IMG/VR virus record: IMGVR_UViG_3300037313_000591
Span: 1 to 57,794 of that record
Source of the DNA: a virus
Lineage: Duplodnaviria; Caudoviricetes
Length of the DNA: 57,794 nucleotides
Strand: one strand, 5' to 3'
The notes under the pieces are model-generated. The model made no database searches. It was not told the DNA's origin and saw only the letters and a list, made by a program, of their open reading frames with translations. Shown here piece after piece: positions 18,009 to 28,837 of this stretch. A program made the translations under genes and the position numbers. The stretch's first letter is position 1, and the number at the start of each line of letters is the position of its first letter.

Positions 18009-21000
18009 TGTACAAGAAAATCTTCGAAATCATGGTTCCGTACCGGATGCCGGACGACACGACGTTGACTGGTCCGTTCGGCCAGGTTCCCTATGCTCCT
18101 TTGGTAGCCTACTTTACGACAGCGCCCAGAATCTATGGCGAAGAATTCACCTTTGTGAATGCCATGCTGGTGAAGAAAGAGGCAACCCCAAATGGCCCGG
18201 CAACCATCACGTTGAACGTGATGAGCAGTAACATTTACTTCCCAAGCGTCGGCTTTTCGATGAAGTTCGACGGCTCGAACGGTTCGTTTATGGGGTATGG
18301 CCCGCTTATCGGTGATTCTCTCGATACGGAGATCGTGCAGAGCCAGGATGGCTCCCTGTGGAGTACGAAAAACACCGCCGGGAACAACAGCACACTGCAC
18401 GAACTCGACCCGACCACCTACTCGGTGATCGACACGATCAGCGGCGATTTCTTCGAAACCCCGACTGACCAGCAGTTTCACGGCATTGTGCATCCGATGA
18501 TCGACAGGTCACGCGGCATCATCGTGATGGCTGGATATCCGGCGACAGTAGATTCCCGTTACATCTTGGTGAACGACTTCTCGACCGGCGCCCTGATTCG
18601 CCGTATCTGGGTCTCCGGCCCTGTGGCGCAGATCATGCAGGAGGACGACCGACGCTGCTTCGTGGTCTGCACCAATGGCATCATCAATGTGGTCGACTTC
18701 ACGACCGGCGAAATCGTGTCGACGACGCGCACTCCAGTCGCTGACCCGCATGAGTCGTTTGGGGCCGGCGGCGTGACCTATGCCTGGGATTTCGTGCTGC
18801 GCCGGCTGCTGGCTTTCAATTTCGTCGACGGCGCCTACAACACGCCACCTGTAAATCCTGACGGATCGTCGTCCAACACGATCACCGGCTACTACCCGGT
18901 GCCGATCGCAACGAATATCACCAAGCCGATTCCGCTCAAGCCGCCACGCAAGGGCAGCACCGTACCAATGCTGGTGCGCGCCGTGGGCGATGCCGGCGAA
19001 CCGATTCCCAGCTTGCCTATTACCGTTACCGCGACTGCTCCCGGTGCGATTGGTTCTGGTGCGCGGATCACGGATAGCTTCGGATACGCCACGATCAACC
19101 TTATTGGCACCGATGCCGGGTCGAGCGTAGTGACCGTCAGCGCAAATGTCGACGACAGCTCCACTGGAGCCGTTGGCGGTGGCACTGGTGGAAGTGGCGG
19201 GAGTGGAAGTGGCGGCACTGGCTCTGTCGCTCCAACCTTGTCCTCGCCGACCGCTACGCAAACTGGCGCTTCGACGGCAACCGGCACCGTCTCGACCAAT
19301 CAGGGTAACGGCTCGCTCTACACCCTCGTGTCTACCAGCGCGACCGCAACGGCTTCGGAGGTCAAGGCAGGCCAGGTTCAGAGTGTAACGGTAACCGGCA
19401 CGCAAAGTGTGAGCATCGCCGGGCTTGCGGCCAGCACGACGTACTACCCGCATTACCTGCATCGAAATAGATCAGGGCTGGATTCCGCAGTCGCAACCGG
19501 TGCGGGCTTCATGACCGCGGCCGATGGCGCAGGCGCTGGCAGTGACCCGTACATGCAACTCCCACAAGAGGGATTGCCAACCTCCACTGGCAAGGGGGCC
19601 GTTAATAACATCAATGCGGTACAGATTGCTTGGGGCGATGCCTGGTACAAGAAGCCGGATGGCACTTACACCACTGATTCGACTCAAGGAACTATCAGCC
19701 ACATCACGGAGCGCCATATCTTTGGTATCAACCTGCATGCGGACCAATCAATGCCGTACGCCGTGGGTAATTACATCAAGATTCGCGATCTGCCTCAACC
19801 GAACCTTAACGAGCCGGTCCCATCAAAAACGTGGGTTGTCGATGGCATAACCATGACCACAGAGGTTCGCGATTCAAACTGGGAGTTTGAGCCAGATGTC
19901 AACGTGTCGAGCTACGTTTACTTCCACCGGGTTGCACGGGTAACTGCTTCAACGTTCGAACTATGGACCATTCGGCCCGTGTCCTCATTGGACGAGCTCA
20001 ATCGACTACTGGCGATGCCTGATGAGCTGACCGTGCCGTACACTTCCTTTGCAACGGCACAGCGGGATACATACGGCAACTACACCTCTCATACTGATCC
20101 GAGACCGCGCTCGTACAATGGCATTCTGGCTCCAACTGTCGCGGGGCCATGGCCAAGCGCGCCAAAGGAATATGGCATCGCACCGAGCAGCTCCGTGCCG
20201 CTTTTGCGTAATCCGTCCTTCTGGACCGTCCGATCGTATGAGGCCTTACTCGGGGATGTCTATTACAAAAAACAAGATGGCACCTTTACCACAGACCCCA
20301 GCCAGGGCGCGGCGAGCCATCTAACATTGCGAACCCGCTTCAAGACTTGGGGTAGCTTGTGGAGGGTCAACGATATAGTTTCCTTCGACTATATCCCTTA
20401 CGGTAACGACGCAGCTGCCGCGTACAAAGAGTGGGTGGCTCCTGATGGTACTACCAGGAGGTACACCTACATTGACCACAACCTGTGGGGAACTGGCCTG
20501 GAGTACGCCACGAAGTATTTTGAGCACGTCATTCGGGTTGTCGAGGATGACTACTTCGAAATCTGGAAGGCAATTCCGCTTGCCAACGACGCTGATTTGC
20601 AAGGCTGGCTGGCTATGCCTGCAGGGTGGCAAAACTACAACAATGTTGACGCTGCCACTGGGACCTTTGGTATTAATCCTGAAGTAGTTACTTACAATAA
20701 TCCATATCCGCTTTCCTACAACGGCGTAGTGGTGGGGAGCGGAGTTCAAAACATGAGTGGGTCTGGTAGTGGGGCCGGCTCGGGTGGCGGCTCGGGCGGC
20801 GGTGGTGGCACTGGCGCTGGTACCGGTACTGGTGGCGGACAAAGCGGGCAGCCGGTCGCTGTGGGCAGCGAGATCGCCCCGCTGTCGGTCGAGAACACCT
20901 CTACCAGCGCAGCCACGAACCAGCCGTTCAGCATCGGGCATGTGTTCGCGAAGGGCCATCTGCCTAGCAGTGGCGCCGCAATCACGCTGCACCTGCCGGA

Positions 21001-23914
21001 CGGAAGCCAGATCAGTGCCCAGCTTAACGTCAAGGCGACCCACGCAGACGGATCGGTGCGCCACGCCATTGTTAGTGGCGTGATCCCGAGCATCGCAGCC
21101 GGCGCCATCGTGCCACTGTCGATGAAGCGGGCCAGCGCTGCCAACGCTGGTCAGAATGTCGGCCTGCCGGCAGCCTTGCCATCGGCTCGGCTCGTGATCG
21201 GTGGTGTGCAATACACCGCTGCACCAACCAGCGCGACCGCCCACGACACGTGGTTCTCCGGCCCCGTGGCCAGTGACTACATTTTCAACATGCCATTCGT
21301 GAATGGCAGCGGTACGTCACATCCGACCCTGACCGCGCAGTTCTCGGTGCGCGTGTTCAGTACTGGCCATGTTCGTATCGACTACGTCATCGAGCACTGC
21401 AAGGCCTATGCCTCGGCTTCCGACATTACCTACGACGCCAGCCTTATCGCCGGTGGCTCTACGGTCTACACCCGGGCCGGCCTGGTCCACACCCCGGCGG
21501 CGCGCTGGAAGCGGACGATCTGGCAGGGACCGGCCTCAACTCTGCACGTAAAACACGACATCAACTACCTGATCGACAGCCGGCAGGTCCCGAACTACGA
21601 TCGCAGCATCACGATTGATGAATCGGTACTGGCCGGTTATATGACGAGCCTAGCAACCACGAAGTTTGACCCGATGGGCTTTGGCACGCTACAGCCGGCA
21701 ATGCCCACCACCGGTGGCCGCCCTGATCTGGGGATCATGCCCGACACTTATGTCGCCACGATCCTGTCGATGGACAGGCGGGCTAAAGCGGTCATGCTGG
21801 CAACCGCCGACATCGGCGGTACCTGGCCGATGTGCCGGCGCGACGACAGCGCTGGGCCGGGCGCTGGCTATCCACTGTCCGTCATCAACTTCCCGTATGC
21901 CTCGATCAACGGCAACCCGGGCGACTGCATCAACCCGGCCACCGGCAAGAACGAGCACCTGCCGACCCTGTCAACTGTTACCAAGGCCGTGGCTGACAGC
22001 TCGCACCAGCCGGACATGTACTACCTGCCGTACCTGCTAACCGGCGACCTGTTCTACCTAGAGGGCCTACAGTTCTGCGGCACCTTCAACCATTACCAGG
22101 ACAACCCGTACTACCGCGAGTTCGCCAAGGCGCTGGTCAAGGGCGATCAGGTGCGCGGTCAATCGTGGAGCCTGCGCACGATGGCCGAGTGCGCCGCGAT
22201 TACACCAGACGACCATCCTCTCAAGTCGCACTTCATCGGCTGGTACAACAACAACATGAAGTGGTATCTGGACAACTACCTCGATGCCCCGAGCACGCTC
22301 TACGCCAACCAGTTGGGCGTCATTACCAACGGCTCGGCGGTCGTGTACAGCATCAACGGCGGCACGACCAACGGCTTGGCCCCGTGGCAGGACGACTTCT
22401 TCACGCAGTCGCTGGGGCACCAGTTCGAACTGCTGGGGCTGGACACCACCAAGCGCCTGCTGACGTGGAAGGCGAATTTCCAGATCAGCCGCCTGATGGG
22501 GGATGGCGTATGTATCCAGAACGCGTGCATCTACGCGCTGGGCGTTCGTCAGACCTCGACCTCGCCGTATTTCTCGACCATCGGCGATTGCATGGCCTTC
22601 AGCGTCCCGCCGGACCAACAGGCCTACCCATGCAATTCGCCGCAGCGCCTGGTCCTGATGAACCAGAATCTGCAGCCCGGAGACATTGGCGGATACCCAG
22701 CCTCTGCCGAAGGTTATCCGTCGAACTACCAGCCGGCTCTGTCGTACTGCGTCGACATCGGCTACCCCGGTGGCGCACAGGCCTGGACCAAGTTCATGGC
22801 GCGCCCGACGAAGCCGAACTACGGCTTGGACGGCGCACAGTTCGCGATCGTGCCGCGCCAAGGTACTACCAGCGGCACGGGCGCGACGCGCGACCCACTG
22901 CAACAACCGTTCGCGTCAAGCTCGATCTGGAACATGCCAATCGGCTCCGGTGCCGTGTACGTGCCCGCCAACCTCGACCCGAACCCAGCTGGCAGCCAGT
23001 ATGCGTACATGCCTGCCGGTGACGAGGAGCAGATCGTGCTGACGCCGACCGCGCCGCTGACCGACATCAGGTACAGCAGCGCCGCGTGGACTGGGGCCGA
23101 CCGCTGCGTGACTGGTGGCGCGGTGCTGGCGCAAGTGCCGATGCCGTCCAACTTTGTCGTGCCGAACTCGACCCACAACAACGGGGCATCGTTCCTGAAG
23201 GCCGATGGCCGCACTATCGTGCAGGTCCAGCCGCTGGCCCGCTGCACCGCTGGCGGGTATGCCACGGCGCTGACCAACCCGATCAGCGTCGACCTGTATG
23301 GCGACGGAATCGCCGGCATGCACGGTGGCTCCGGCCTGTCTTCCATAGGCGGCTCGATCCGTGTGGGCGAGCTGCGACCGGGGCAGCAGGGTCCGAAGCA
23401 CGCCTTGAAGATCAACGTGTACGCCAAGGGCGCGCTTTTCAAGGCAACCACCCATGCCGAAGGTTTCCGCTGGCCTGCCACCACCTGTGACAGCTACGCC
23501 ATCGGCTGGTATGGGACGGATGGCAACAACACGAACACCGCGATGAAGATGGGTTCGCTGCTGGCAATTCCGGCCAGCGTGTCCATCGACTCGCTAGGCC
23601 TAACAACCGAACCGGCCAAGCAACTAGCATGGACCCTCCAAAACTACGGCGGGTACATCGTGGACGACTGTTATGCAGCGGGCTTCAACTTCAGCGTCGA
23701 AGAGGGGCCGGGCGGCAGCAAGAAGGCCGAGTTCCTGGCTGACTATGGCTTTGCCTTTGACCAGAAGGTGGAGGCGCAGAGCACATGGGTCAAGGACATC
23801 CAGAAGATCGTCTCAGCCCTGCATGTGGTCGACAACAACGGCTCAGGCAACATTGGTGGTGGTGGCACGCCACGTCAACCGTTGGCGCAGGCGATCAGTG
23901 CGCCGGCGCCGTAG
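18008..23914 (+). CDS. giant modular tail adhesin/depolymerase-like protein (1968 aa)
   Basis: Modules separated by Gly/Ser linkers: Ig-like, FN3-like, a tandem duplicated domain, a PcRGLX/YetA-like domain (GGRPDLG, SHQP..Y.PYLLTGD, QVRG.SWSLR, PWQDDF) and a C-terminal PFASSSIWNMPIG domain. Confidence 0.8.
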   Translation: MYKKIFEIMVPYRMPDDTTLTGPFGQVPYAPLVAYFTTAPRIYGEEFTFVNAMLVKKEATPNGPATITLNVMSSNIYFPSVGFSMKFDGSNGSFMGYGPLIGDSLDTEIVQSQDGSLWSTKNTAGNNSTLHELDPTTYSVIDTISGDFFETPTDQQFHGIVHPMIDRSRGIIVMAGYPATVDSRYILVNDFSTGALIRRIWVSGPVAQIMQEDDRRCFVVCTNGIINVVDFTTGEIVSTTRTPVADPHESFGAGGVTYAWDFVLRRLLAFNFVDGAYNTPPVNPDGSSSNTITGYYPVPIATNITKPIPLKPPRKGSTVPMLVRAVGDAGEPIPSLPITVTATAPGAIGSGARITDSFGYATINLIGTDAGSSVVTVSANVDDSSTGAVGGGTGGSGGSGSGGTGSVAPTLSSPTATQTGASTATGTVSTNQGNGSLYTLVSTSATATASEVKAGQVQSVTVTGTQSVSIAGLAASTTYYPHYLHRNRSGLDSAVATGAGFMTAADGAGAGSDPYMQLPQEGLPTSTGKGAVNNINAVQIAWGDAWYKKPDGTYTTDSTQGTISHITERHIFGINLHADQSMPYAVGNYIKIRDLPQPNLNEPVPSKTWVVDGITMTTEVRDSNWEFEPDVNVSSYVYFHRVARVTASTFELWTIRPVSSLDELNRLLAMPDELTVPYTSFATAQRDTYGNYTSHTDPRPRSYNGILAPTVAGPWPSAPKEYGIAPSSSVPLLRNPSFWTVRSYEALLGDVYYKKQDGTFTTDPSQGAASHLTLRTRFKTWGSLWRVNDIVSFDYIPYGNDAAAAYKEWVAPDGTTRRYTYIDHNLWGTGLEYATKYFEHVIRVVEDDYFEIWKAIPLANDADLQGWLAMPAGWQNYNNVDAATGTFGINPEVVTYNNPYPLSYNGVVVGSGVQNMSGSGSGAGSGGGSGGGGGTGAGTGTGGGQSGQPVAVGSEIAPLSVENTSTSAATNQPFSIGHVFAKGHLPSSGAAITLHLPDGSQISAQLNVKATHADGSVRHAIVSGVIPSIAAGAIVPLSMKRASAANAGQNVGLPAALPSARLVIGGVQYTAAPTSATAHDTWFSGPVASDYIFNMPFVNGSGTSHPTLTAQFSVRVFSTGHVRIDYVIEHCKAYASASDITYDASLIAGGSTVYTRAGLVHTPAARWKRTIWQGPASTLHVKHDINYLIDSRQVPNYDRSITIDESVLAGYMTSLATTKFDPMGFGTLQPAMPTTGGRPDLGIMPDTYVATILSMDRRAKAVMLATADIGGTWPMCRRDDSAGPGAGYPLSVINFPYASINGNPGDCINPATGKNEHLPTLSTVTKAVADSSHQPDMYYLPYLLTGDLFYLEGLQFCGTFNHYQDNPYYREFAKALVKGDQVRGQSWSLRTMAECAAITPDDHPLKSHFIGWYNNNMKWYLDNYLDAPSTLYANQLGVITNGSAVVYSINGGTTNGLAPWQDDFFTQSLGHQFELLGLDTTKRLLTWKANFQISRLMGDGVCIQNACIYALGVRQTSTSPYFSTIGDCMAFSVPPDQQAYPCNSPQRLVLMNQNLQPGDIGGYPASAEGYPSNYQPALSYCVDIGYPGGAQAWTKFMARPTKPNYGLDGAQFAIVPRQGTTSGTGATRDPLQQPFASSSIWNMPIGSGAVYVPANLDPNPAGSQYAYMPAGDEEQIVLTPTAPLTDIRYSSAAWTGADRCVTGGAVLAQVPMPSNFVVPNSTHNNGASFLKADGRTIVQVQPLARCTAGGYATALTNPISVDLYGDGIAGMHGGSGLSSIGGSIRVGELRPGQQGPKHALKINVYAKGALFKATTHAEGFRWPATTCDSYAIGWYGTDGNNTNTAMKMGSLLAIPASVSIDSLGLTTEPAKQLAWTLQNYGGYIVDDCYAAGFNFSVEEGPGGSKKAEFLADYGFAFDQKVEAQSTWVKDIQKIVSALHVVDNNGSGNIGGGGTPRQPLAQAISAPAP

Positions 23915-23942
23915 CGGTGTCTCAGCAGTGATATTCAGTCAG

Positions 23943-23964
23943 AGCCACCTTCGGGTGGCTTTTT
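23943..23964 (+). terminator. intrinsic terminator
   Basis: AGCCACC-TTCG-GGTGGCT followed by TTTT. Confidence 0.85.
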
Positions 23965-23976
23965 AATGGGATACCT

Positions 23977-25425
23977 ATGGATATGACATGGGAGCCGTAT
24001 CCGCTTGACAGCGTACGGGCTACGACGGTGTTCGTCCATGCAGCGACCCCACTGGAGGTTTTGCAGGGCACGTCAATGACTCCGTACGAGATTACGCGGT
24101 TCTGCACGTCGGTTCGCCAGTCTCCAAGCGAGGTGTCGGTCGGCCTGGCATGGCACGATGAACTGTACGGAGAAAGCCAGCCGCGATTCGGCCAAATCCT
24201 CGAGGTCAAGCTGGAAGGACGTAGTTTCTGGATCGGGATTATCCAGTCGATCAACGATTTCCGCCTGTCGTCTGGACAAAAGTCGATGACGCTTGTCGCG
24301 CGGTCGCGTGACGCCTCACCGCTTTGGCGAGAAACGCGTCGCCTGACCGACATTTACCCGGTCTCGACGCCACTCGATTACATTGCGCGCCAAATTTGCC
24401 GCGGAATCGGAGTTGCCGACGCCGAGATCGGCCCGCTGAATATTCCGGGCTACACGGTGCATTCGAACACACAGCTGGCCGACCTACCGCCATGGCAGAT
24501 GTTGACGGTCCTGATGCAACCTTCGGGACTTGAGCCTTACGTCGATGCGCTTGGACGTCTGAAGTCCATTTCACGCGATACGACACGCGCGGCTGATGTC
24601 GAGCTAGCGGACAACACGAGGCTACTAAGCGTCAATGGTTCGAAGTCTCGCGCCCCGGTCACGGAAGTAAAGATCAAGTGGCTCGACCCGAACCTGAAGG
24701 AAGTCTCGCAGGTCGACAGGGTTCTCGACAAGGTCACGATGACGGCCGGCTTCTTCAAGCTGAAGATCGAGCGTGATGTTACGTTCAGTCAGGATGGATC
24801 GCAGCGCGCCCGTGATACGCACATGGTGGTCAGGCAGTCGGCCAATGCCGGTTTGCTGCCAGTGTGTAGCGAAGACTACAGCCCAAAAAGTATCACTGGA
24901 GGGCAGATCGTGCTGCGGACCTCGGCGTGGGTACCTGGGCTCGCTACGACGGCCATCGCGGCAAAGCTTTTGGCGCACAAAATTCCAGATGGCGTGCTTG
25001 GCGGTATCACTGTCCCACAAGGCAGGCTGGTGGAAGGTGCCGCCGACGTCGCAATCATGGTGACGATGATGTCGATTGGCACTGGTGTGTACGAGATTTG
25101 GGGTACGCCCTACGACATGGTGCATGCCCGCAATACGACTACCGCCTACGGTAAGACCGTCAAGGATTGGGAGGTCAACGTCTCCGAAATCGAAAACGAC
25201 TTCGTGATGAACCAGGAGCAGTCAGAGGGGTTCGCGGTCAGGGAACTGACTTACTCCTATCGCGCCGCCAGTTCCTATAACATTTCGATTGTCGATGACC
25301 CGCGTATCGAACGCGGCGACATCATTTCACTGAAGGACGGTAGCCGCGTGTACGTCACGGACTACGCGCGCGATCTGTCGCACGGCTCGCCGGCGAAGCT
25401 CGATATCACCGGATTCAGGTGCTAA
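23977..25425 (+). CDS. baseplate hub/Tal-like tail protein (putative)
   Basis: 482 aa; C-terminal DPRIERGDII motif typical of hub proteins. Confidence 0.55.
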   Translation: MDMTWEPYPLDSVRATTVFVHAATPLEVLQGTSMTPYEITRFCTSVRQSPSEVSVGLAWHDELYGESQPRFGQILEVKLEGRSFWIGIIQSINDFRLSSGQKSMTLVARSRDASPLWRETRRLTDIYPVSTPLDYIARQICRGIGVADAEIGPLNIPGYTVHSNTQLADLPPWQMLTVLMQPSGLEPYVDALGRLKSISRDTTRAADVELADNTRLLSVNGSKSRAPVTEVKIKWLDPNLKEVSQVDRVLDKVTMTAGFFKLKIERDVTFSQDGSQRARDTHMVVRQSANAGLLPVCSEDYSPKSITGGQIVLRTSAWVPGLATTAIAAKLLAHKIPDGVLGGITVPQGRLVEGAADVAIMVTMMSIGTGVYEIWGTPYDMVHARNTTTAYGKTVKDWEVNVSEIENDFVMNQEQSEGFAVRELTYSYRAASSYNISIVDDPRIERGDIISLKDGSRVYVTDYARDLSHGSPAKLDITGFRC

Positions 25426-25429
25426 GACC

Positions 25430-25942
25430 ATGAGCGTACTTACCTATCTGATCGAAGCGCAGCAGCGCGACTCGCAGCAGGAGATTGACGGCAAGGTGCT
25501 CACCCGCCCGACGTTGAGCGTGACCGATGGACTGTCCACGACTTACGCATGCGACGTCGATATCGGAATTACCAACCAGCAGGGCAATGACCAGAGCACG
25601 AATCTGCTGAATGTCGGCTCCATAGGGTCGGTGCTGCACAACGTCCCGATCGCACGCGGAAACATGGACGTGATCTACGCCGATGTCGGAGCGGCAGTGC
25701 GCCTTCGCCGGTCCACGTCGGGGCGCTACGAAATCATCGGCTTCTCGAAACAGATGCCTGGCACGTATATCAGGGTCCCGGTCGACCTTGAGGACTTCAC
25801 CTTCGGTCAGATCGAGGATCTGTCGATCACTTCGCGCGCGGTTGCCTATGGGGACCTGGTCAATTTCGGCGGATACGGAACCGCAGCATACGGCATCGTC
25901 GCAATTTACCAGGGCACGAACTTGATTAAGGTCACGGCATGA
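25430..25942 (+). CDS. tail protein, hypothetical
   Basis: Co-directional, tightly packed in the tail module. Confidence 0.55.
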   Translation: MSVLTYLIEAQQRDSQQEIDGKVLTRPTLSVTDGLSTTYACDVDIGITNQQGNDQSTNLLNVGSIGSVLHNVPIARGNMDVIYADVGAAVRLRRSTSGRYEIIGFSKQMPGTYIRVPVDLEDFTFGQIEDLSITSRAVAYGDLVNFGGYGTAAYGIVAIYQGTNLIKVTA

Positions 25943-27798
25943 ACGAACTCCAGGTTTTCAACAACGGCGACACCAACTATATCCAGAAGCACAACGCCAA
26001 CTATGCCAACCTCAAGGCGGCGATTGAGGCGCTGGAAAACAACCTGGCGGCGCAAGTTGCGGCGGCTTCTGGTCCAGGCTCGGCATTCGACGCACTGTTT
26101 GGCCCGACAGCCGCCATCATCGGCGCTGACAGCTACGCCATGACCGGCAGCGGCGATGTACTAAACGTCGCACCAGGGTTTAACTGGAAGCCATCAATCC
26201 CGATGGTGGTACGCAACCCGGCGCCGACAACGCTGTCCTTCACTGGCCTTGCCGCAGGAACGTACTACGTCTACGCGGACAAGACTGGCACACCAGTGCG
26301 CAGCGCGACAGCGGGCGTCGAAGACATTTACTCGATAGCGTGGACCGGATCGACTTTCGGTGCGATCACCCGTCTCGCGCCTATCGTGTGGGGAGCAGCG
26401 GACGATTTTGCGGCTCAGGTCAGCGCGGCACTCGGCCAGACTTTCACTACGCTAGACGCCCGGCTGGAAGCGGGCGAGGCAGCCGCTGCTGGCGGCGCCC
26501 TAGCGCGTGCCTGGCAAATCGGCAAACTGGACAAGGACGTCTCCGGTAGTACAGATGTCACGTTGTCCGCGGCAGAAGCGAACAACATGGTGATCAACCT
26601 CACCGGGGCGCTGACTGCCGATATCGACGTAATTCTTCCTGTCGGAGCCAGTTCCAGGCTATGGGCCGTCACGAATAACACAATCGGCGCCTATACGGTG
26701 ACGATGAAGGGTGCCTTGGGAGCTGGTGCAGTAGTTGCGCAGGGCAGCAAAGCGCTCTTCGGACAGGATGGCACAAACGTCTTTGCATTAGGGCTCAGCC
26801 AGCAGACAATTATTGACGCGATTACCGCGCACGAAGCGGAGGCGGACCCGCATCCGCAATACCTGACGCAAACCGAAGCAGATGGACGCTATGCGTCGTC
26901 GACAGCCGCGACAGGTGTATCGAGCGTGAATGGTCATACAGGAGCAGTCACGTTAGCGGCGTCCGACGTTGGCGCTGTGGCAAGTAGCGCGCTTGGCGCG
27001 GCAAACGGCGCAGCATCGCTTGATGATGGTGGCAAATTGCCAGCTTCTCAGCTACCGAACCTGGCAATCATCGACTTCCTCGGCACGGTAGCAAATCAAG
27101 CTGCCATGCTTGCGCTGTCCGGCCAAAAGGGCGACTGGTGCGCGCGATCGGACACGAGCACTGTCTATGTTATTACTGGCTCGGACCCTACCCAAGTCAG
27201 CTCATGGACTGCCCTGAGCTATCCGACTGGAGCTGGCGGCACCGTAACCAGCGTTGCACTGACTACACCGGGACTTCTGTTTAACGTAACAGGCTCGCCC
27301 GTTACAGGTGCCGGCACGTTGGCAATGACGCTCAAAACGCAGGCCAAGAATACTGTGCTGGCTGGCCCAGCTACCGGCGCAGATGCAGTGCCGACAATGC
27401 GTCCACTGGTGCAGGCAGACCTGCCAGCGCAGCCGTTAATCCCGGTCCCGTTTTACCCCGGCGTACCAGCGGCAAGCGCGCTGATGCTGATGTTCCCGGC
27501 GCCGGCTGGCACCGGAACGCTTACCTTCGCCGCCGCACTCGCTGGCAGCTCTGGCAAGGCGCTGGTTGCCGCAACGGCCCAAACCGACTTCGATGTACGC
27601 AAGAATGCGACCAGCCCGAGTAGCGGGACAAGCGTCGGAACCATGCGCTTCGCGGCCGGCGCGACTGTGCCGAGCTTCATTGCCGCAAGTGGCTTCACTT
27701 TAGATGGCGGGACTGAGTGGCTGACTATGTGGGCTCCCGCAACGCCCGACGCGACCCTTGCCAATATCGCCGCGTCGTTGTACTGCACCCGTTCATAA
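25939..27798 (+). CDS. tail fibre-like protein
   Basis: HEAEADPHPQY, VSSVNGHTGAVTL, GAASLDDGGKLP.SQLP, GTVTSVAL fibre motifs. Confidence 0.75.
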   Translation: MNELQVFNNGDTNYIQKHNANYANLKAAIEALENNLAAQVAAASGPGSAFDALFGPTAAIIGADSYAMTGSGDVLNVAPGFNWKPSIPMVVRNPAPTTLSFTGLAAGTYYVYADKTGTPVRSATAGVEDIYSIAWTGSTFGAITRLAPIVWGAADDFAAQVSAALGQTFTTLDARLEAGEAAAAGGALARAWQIGKLDKDVSGSTDVTLSAAEANNMVINLTGALTADIDVILPVGASSRLWAVTNNTIGAYTVTMKGALGAGAVVAQGSKALFGQDGTNVFALGLSQQTIIDAITAHEAEADPHPQYLTQTEADGRYASSTAATGVSSVNGHTGAVTLAASDVGAVASSALGAANGAASLDDGGKLPASQLPNLAIIDFLGTVANQAAMLALSGQKGDWCARSDTSTVYVITGSDPTQVSSWTALSYPTGAGGTVTSVALTTPGLLFNVTGSPVTGAGTLAMTLKTQAKNTVLAGPATGADAVPTMRPLVQADLPAQPLIPVPFYPGVPAASALMLMFPAPAGTGTLTFAAALAGSSGKALVAATAQTDFDVRKNATSPSSGTSVGTMRFAAGATVPSFIAASGFTLDGGTEWLTMWAPATPDATLANIAASLYCTRS

Positions 27799-27807
27799 GG
27801 AATTCCC

Positions 27808-28833
27808 ATGGCAGGCACATATTATTTTGTTGGCGGCGAGGATCATGATTTCCTCAAAATCGGCAATGCAACGATTGATACGGCCACTACTGCGGCAAGG
27901 CGTACAGCAAATTCTAGGTGCACCTTAAAAAGCGTTAGTGGATCTGGAACCGTTGCCGGGGAAGGGTGGCAATGTGCATTCTCCGCGTCTGCGTCAACAT
28001 TCTGGCTCACCGGCAGGTTCTACCTCGGAACGCTCACCACTGGAAATGCCAACCACTTCCTCGCGCTGCTATCAGGAGCTGTCCGCCGCCTCGTCCTGAC
28101 CCCATCGACGAATACTACGAGCGGCTTTTTCAGGCTGAACAAGATTAACTCGGCCGGGACTGTTACTACGCTCGCGACATCGTCCACAGGGTTCTCGGCG
28201 AACACGATCATAAAACTTGATATGTTCGTAAATTACGCTGTTGCGGGGCAGGTGCAAGTCTATCTGGACGGGGTCAAGATCATCGACTATAGCGGAGACG
28301 TTACGACGGACAGCGCAACGTCGCTCGACGGGGCAGTACTCGGCCATCCATTCTATGCTGGCAGTTCAGCGAGCCAAGTGTACTGGTCCGAGATCATCGC
28401 AACCAGTGACGACACCCGCGCCTTAAATCTGAAGACGACGGCGGTCACTGCGAACGGAAACACCTATACGTTCGATAACGGCAACTATGCCAATGTGAAC
28501 GAGACCGTCACGGATGATACCGGACTGATTTCGAGCGGCACTGCCGGGCAATTGGCTCAGTTCGCCGTGGACGCTAGTGGCATTACTGGTACGCCAGCCA
28601 TTCGGGCGCTGTGCATCTCGGCGCGGGCGCAGAAGGGCGGCACCGGACCGCAGAACGCGAAGATGAGTGTCCGTGCTGGTGGCATTGACCAGTTGAGCGG
28701 TGTACTCGCGCTGCCAGCCGCAATGAACCGCGTGTCGTACATCTTTACGACGAACCCGAATACATCCGGCCCATGGGCGTATTCGGACCTGACTGCCGCA
28801 GGCTTCAACATCGGCATCAGGTCGGAGACGTAA
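27808..28833 (+). CDS. Thr/Ser-rich virion protein (lectin-like beta sandwich, putative)
   Basis: AAGGA RBS; GQVQVYLDG..IIDYSGD, F.TNPNT..PW. Confidence 0.55.
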   Translation: MAGTYYFVGGEDHDFLKIGNATIDTATTAARRTANSRCTLKSVSGSGTVAGEGWQCAFSASASTFWLTGRFYLGTLTTGNANHFLALLSGAVRRLVLTPSTNTTSGFFRLNKINSAGTVTTLATSSTGFSANTIIKLDMFVNYAVAGQVQVYLDGVKIIDYSGDVTTDSATSLDGAVLGHPFYAGSSASQVYWSEIIATSDDTRALNLKTTAVTANGNTYTFDNGNYANVNETVTDDTGLISSGTAGQLAQFAVDASGITGTPAIRALCISARAQKGGTGPQNAKMSVRAGGIDQLSGVLALPAAMNRVSYIFTTNPNTSGPWAYSDLTAAGFNIGIRSET

Positions 28834-28837
28834 TGCG

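Noticed and set aside
18008-23914. Diversity-generating retroelement (template/variable repeat pair formed by the paralogs)
   Set aside because: No reverse transcriptase ORF; differences between the copies are spread over kilobases, largely synonymous and not adenine-specific
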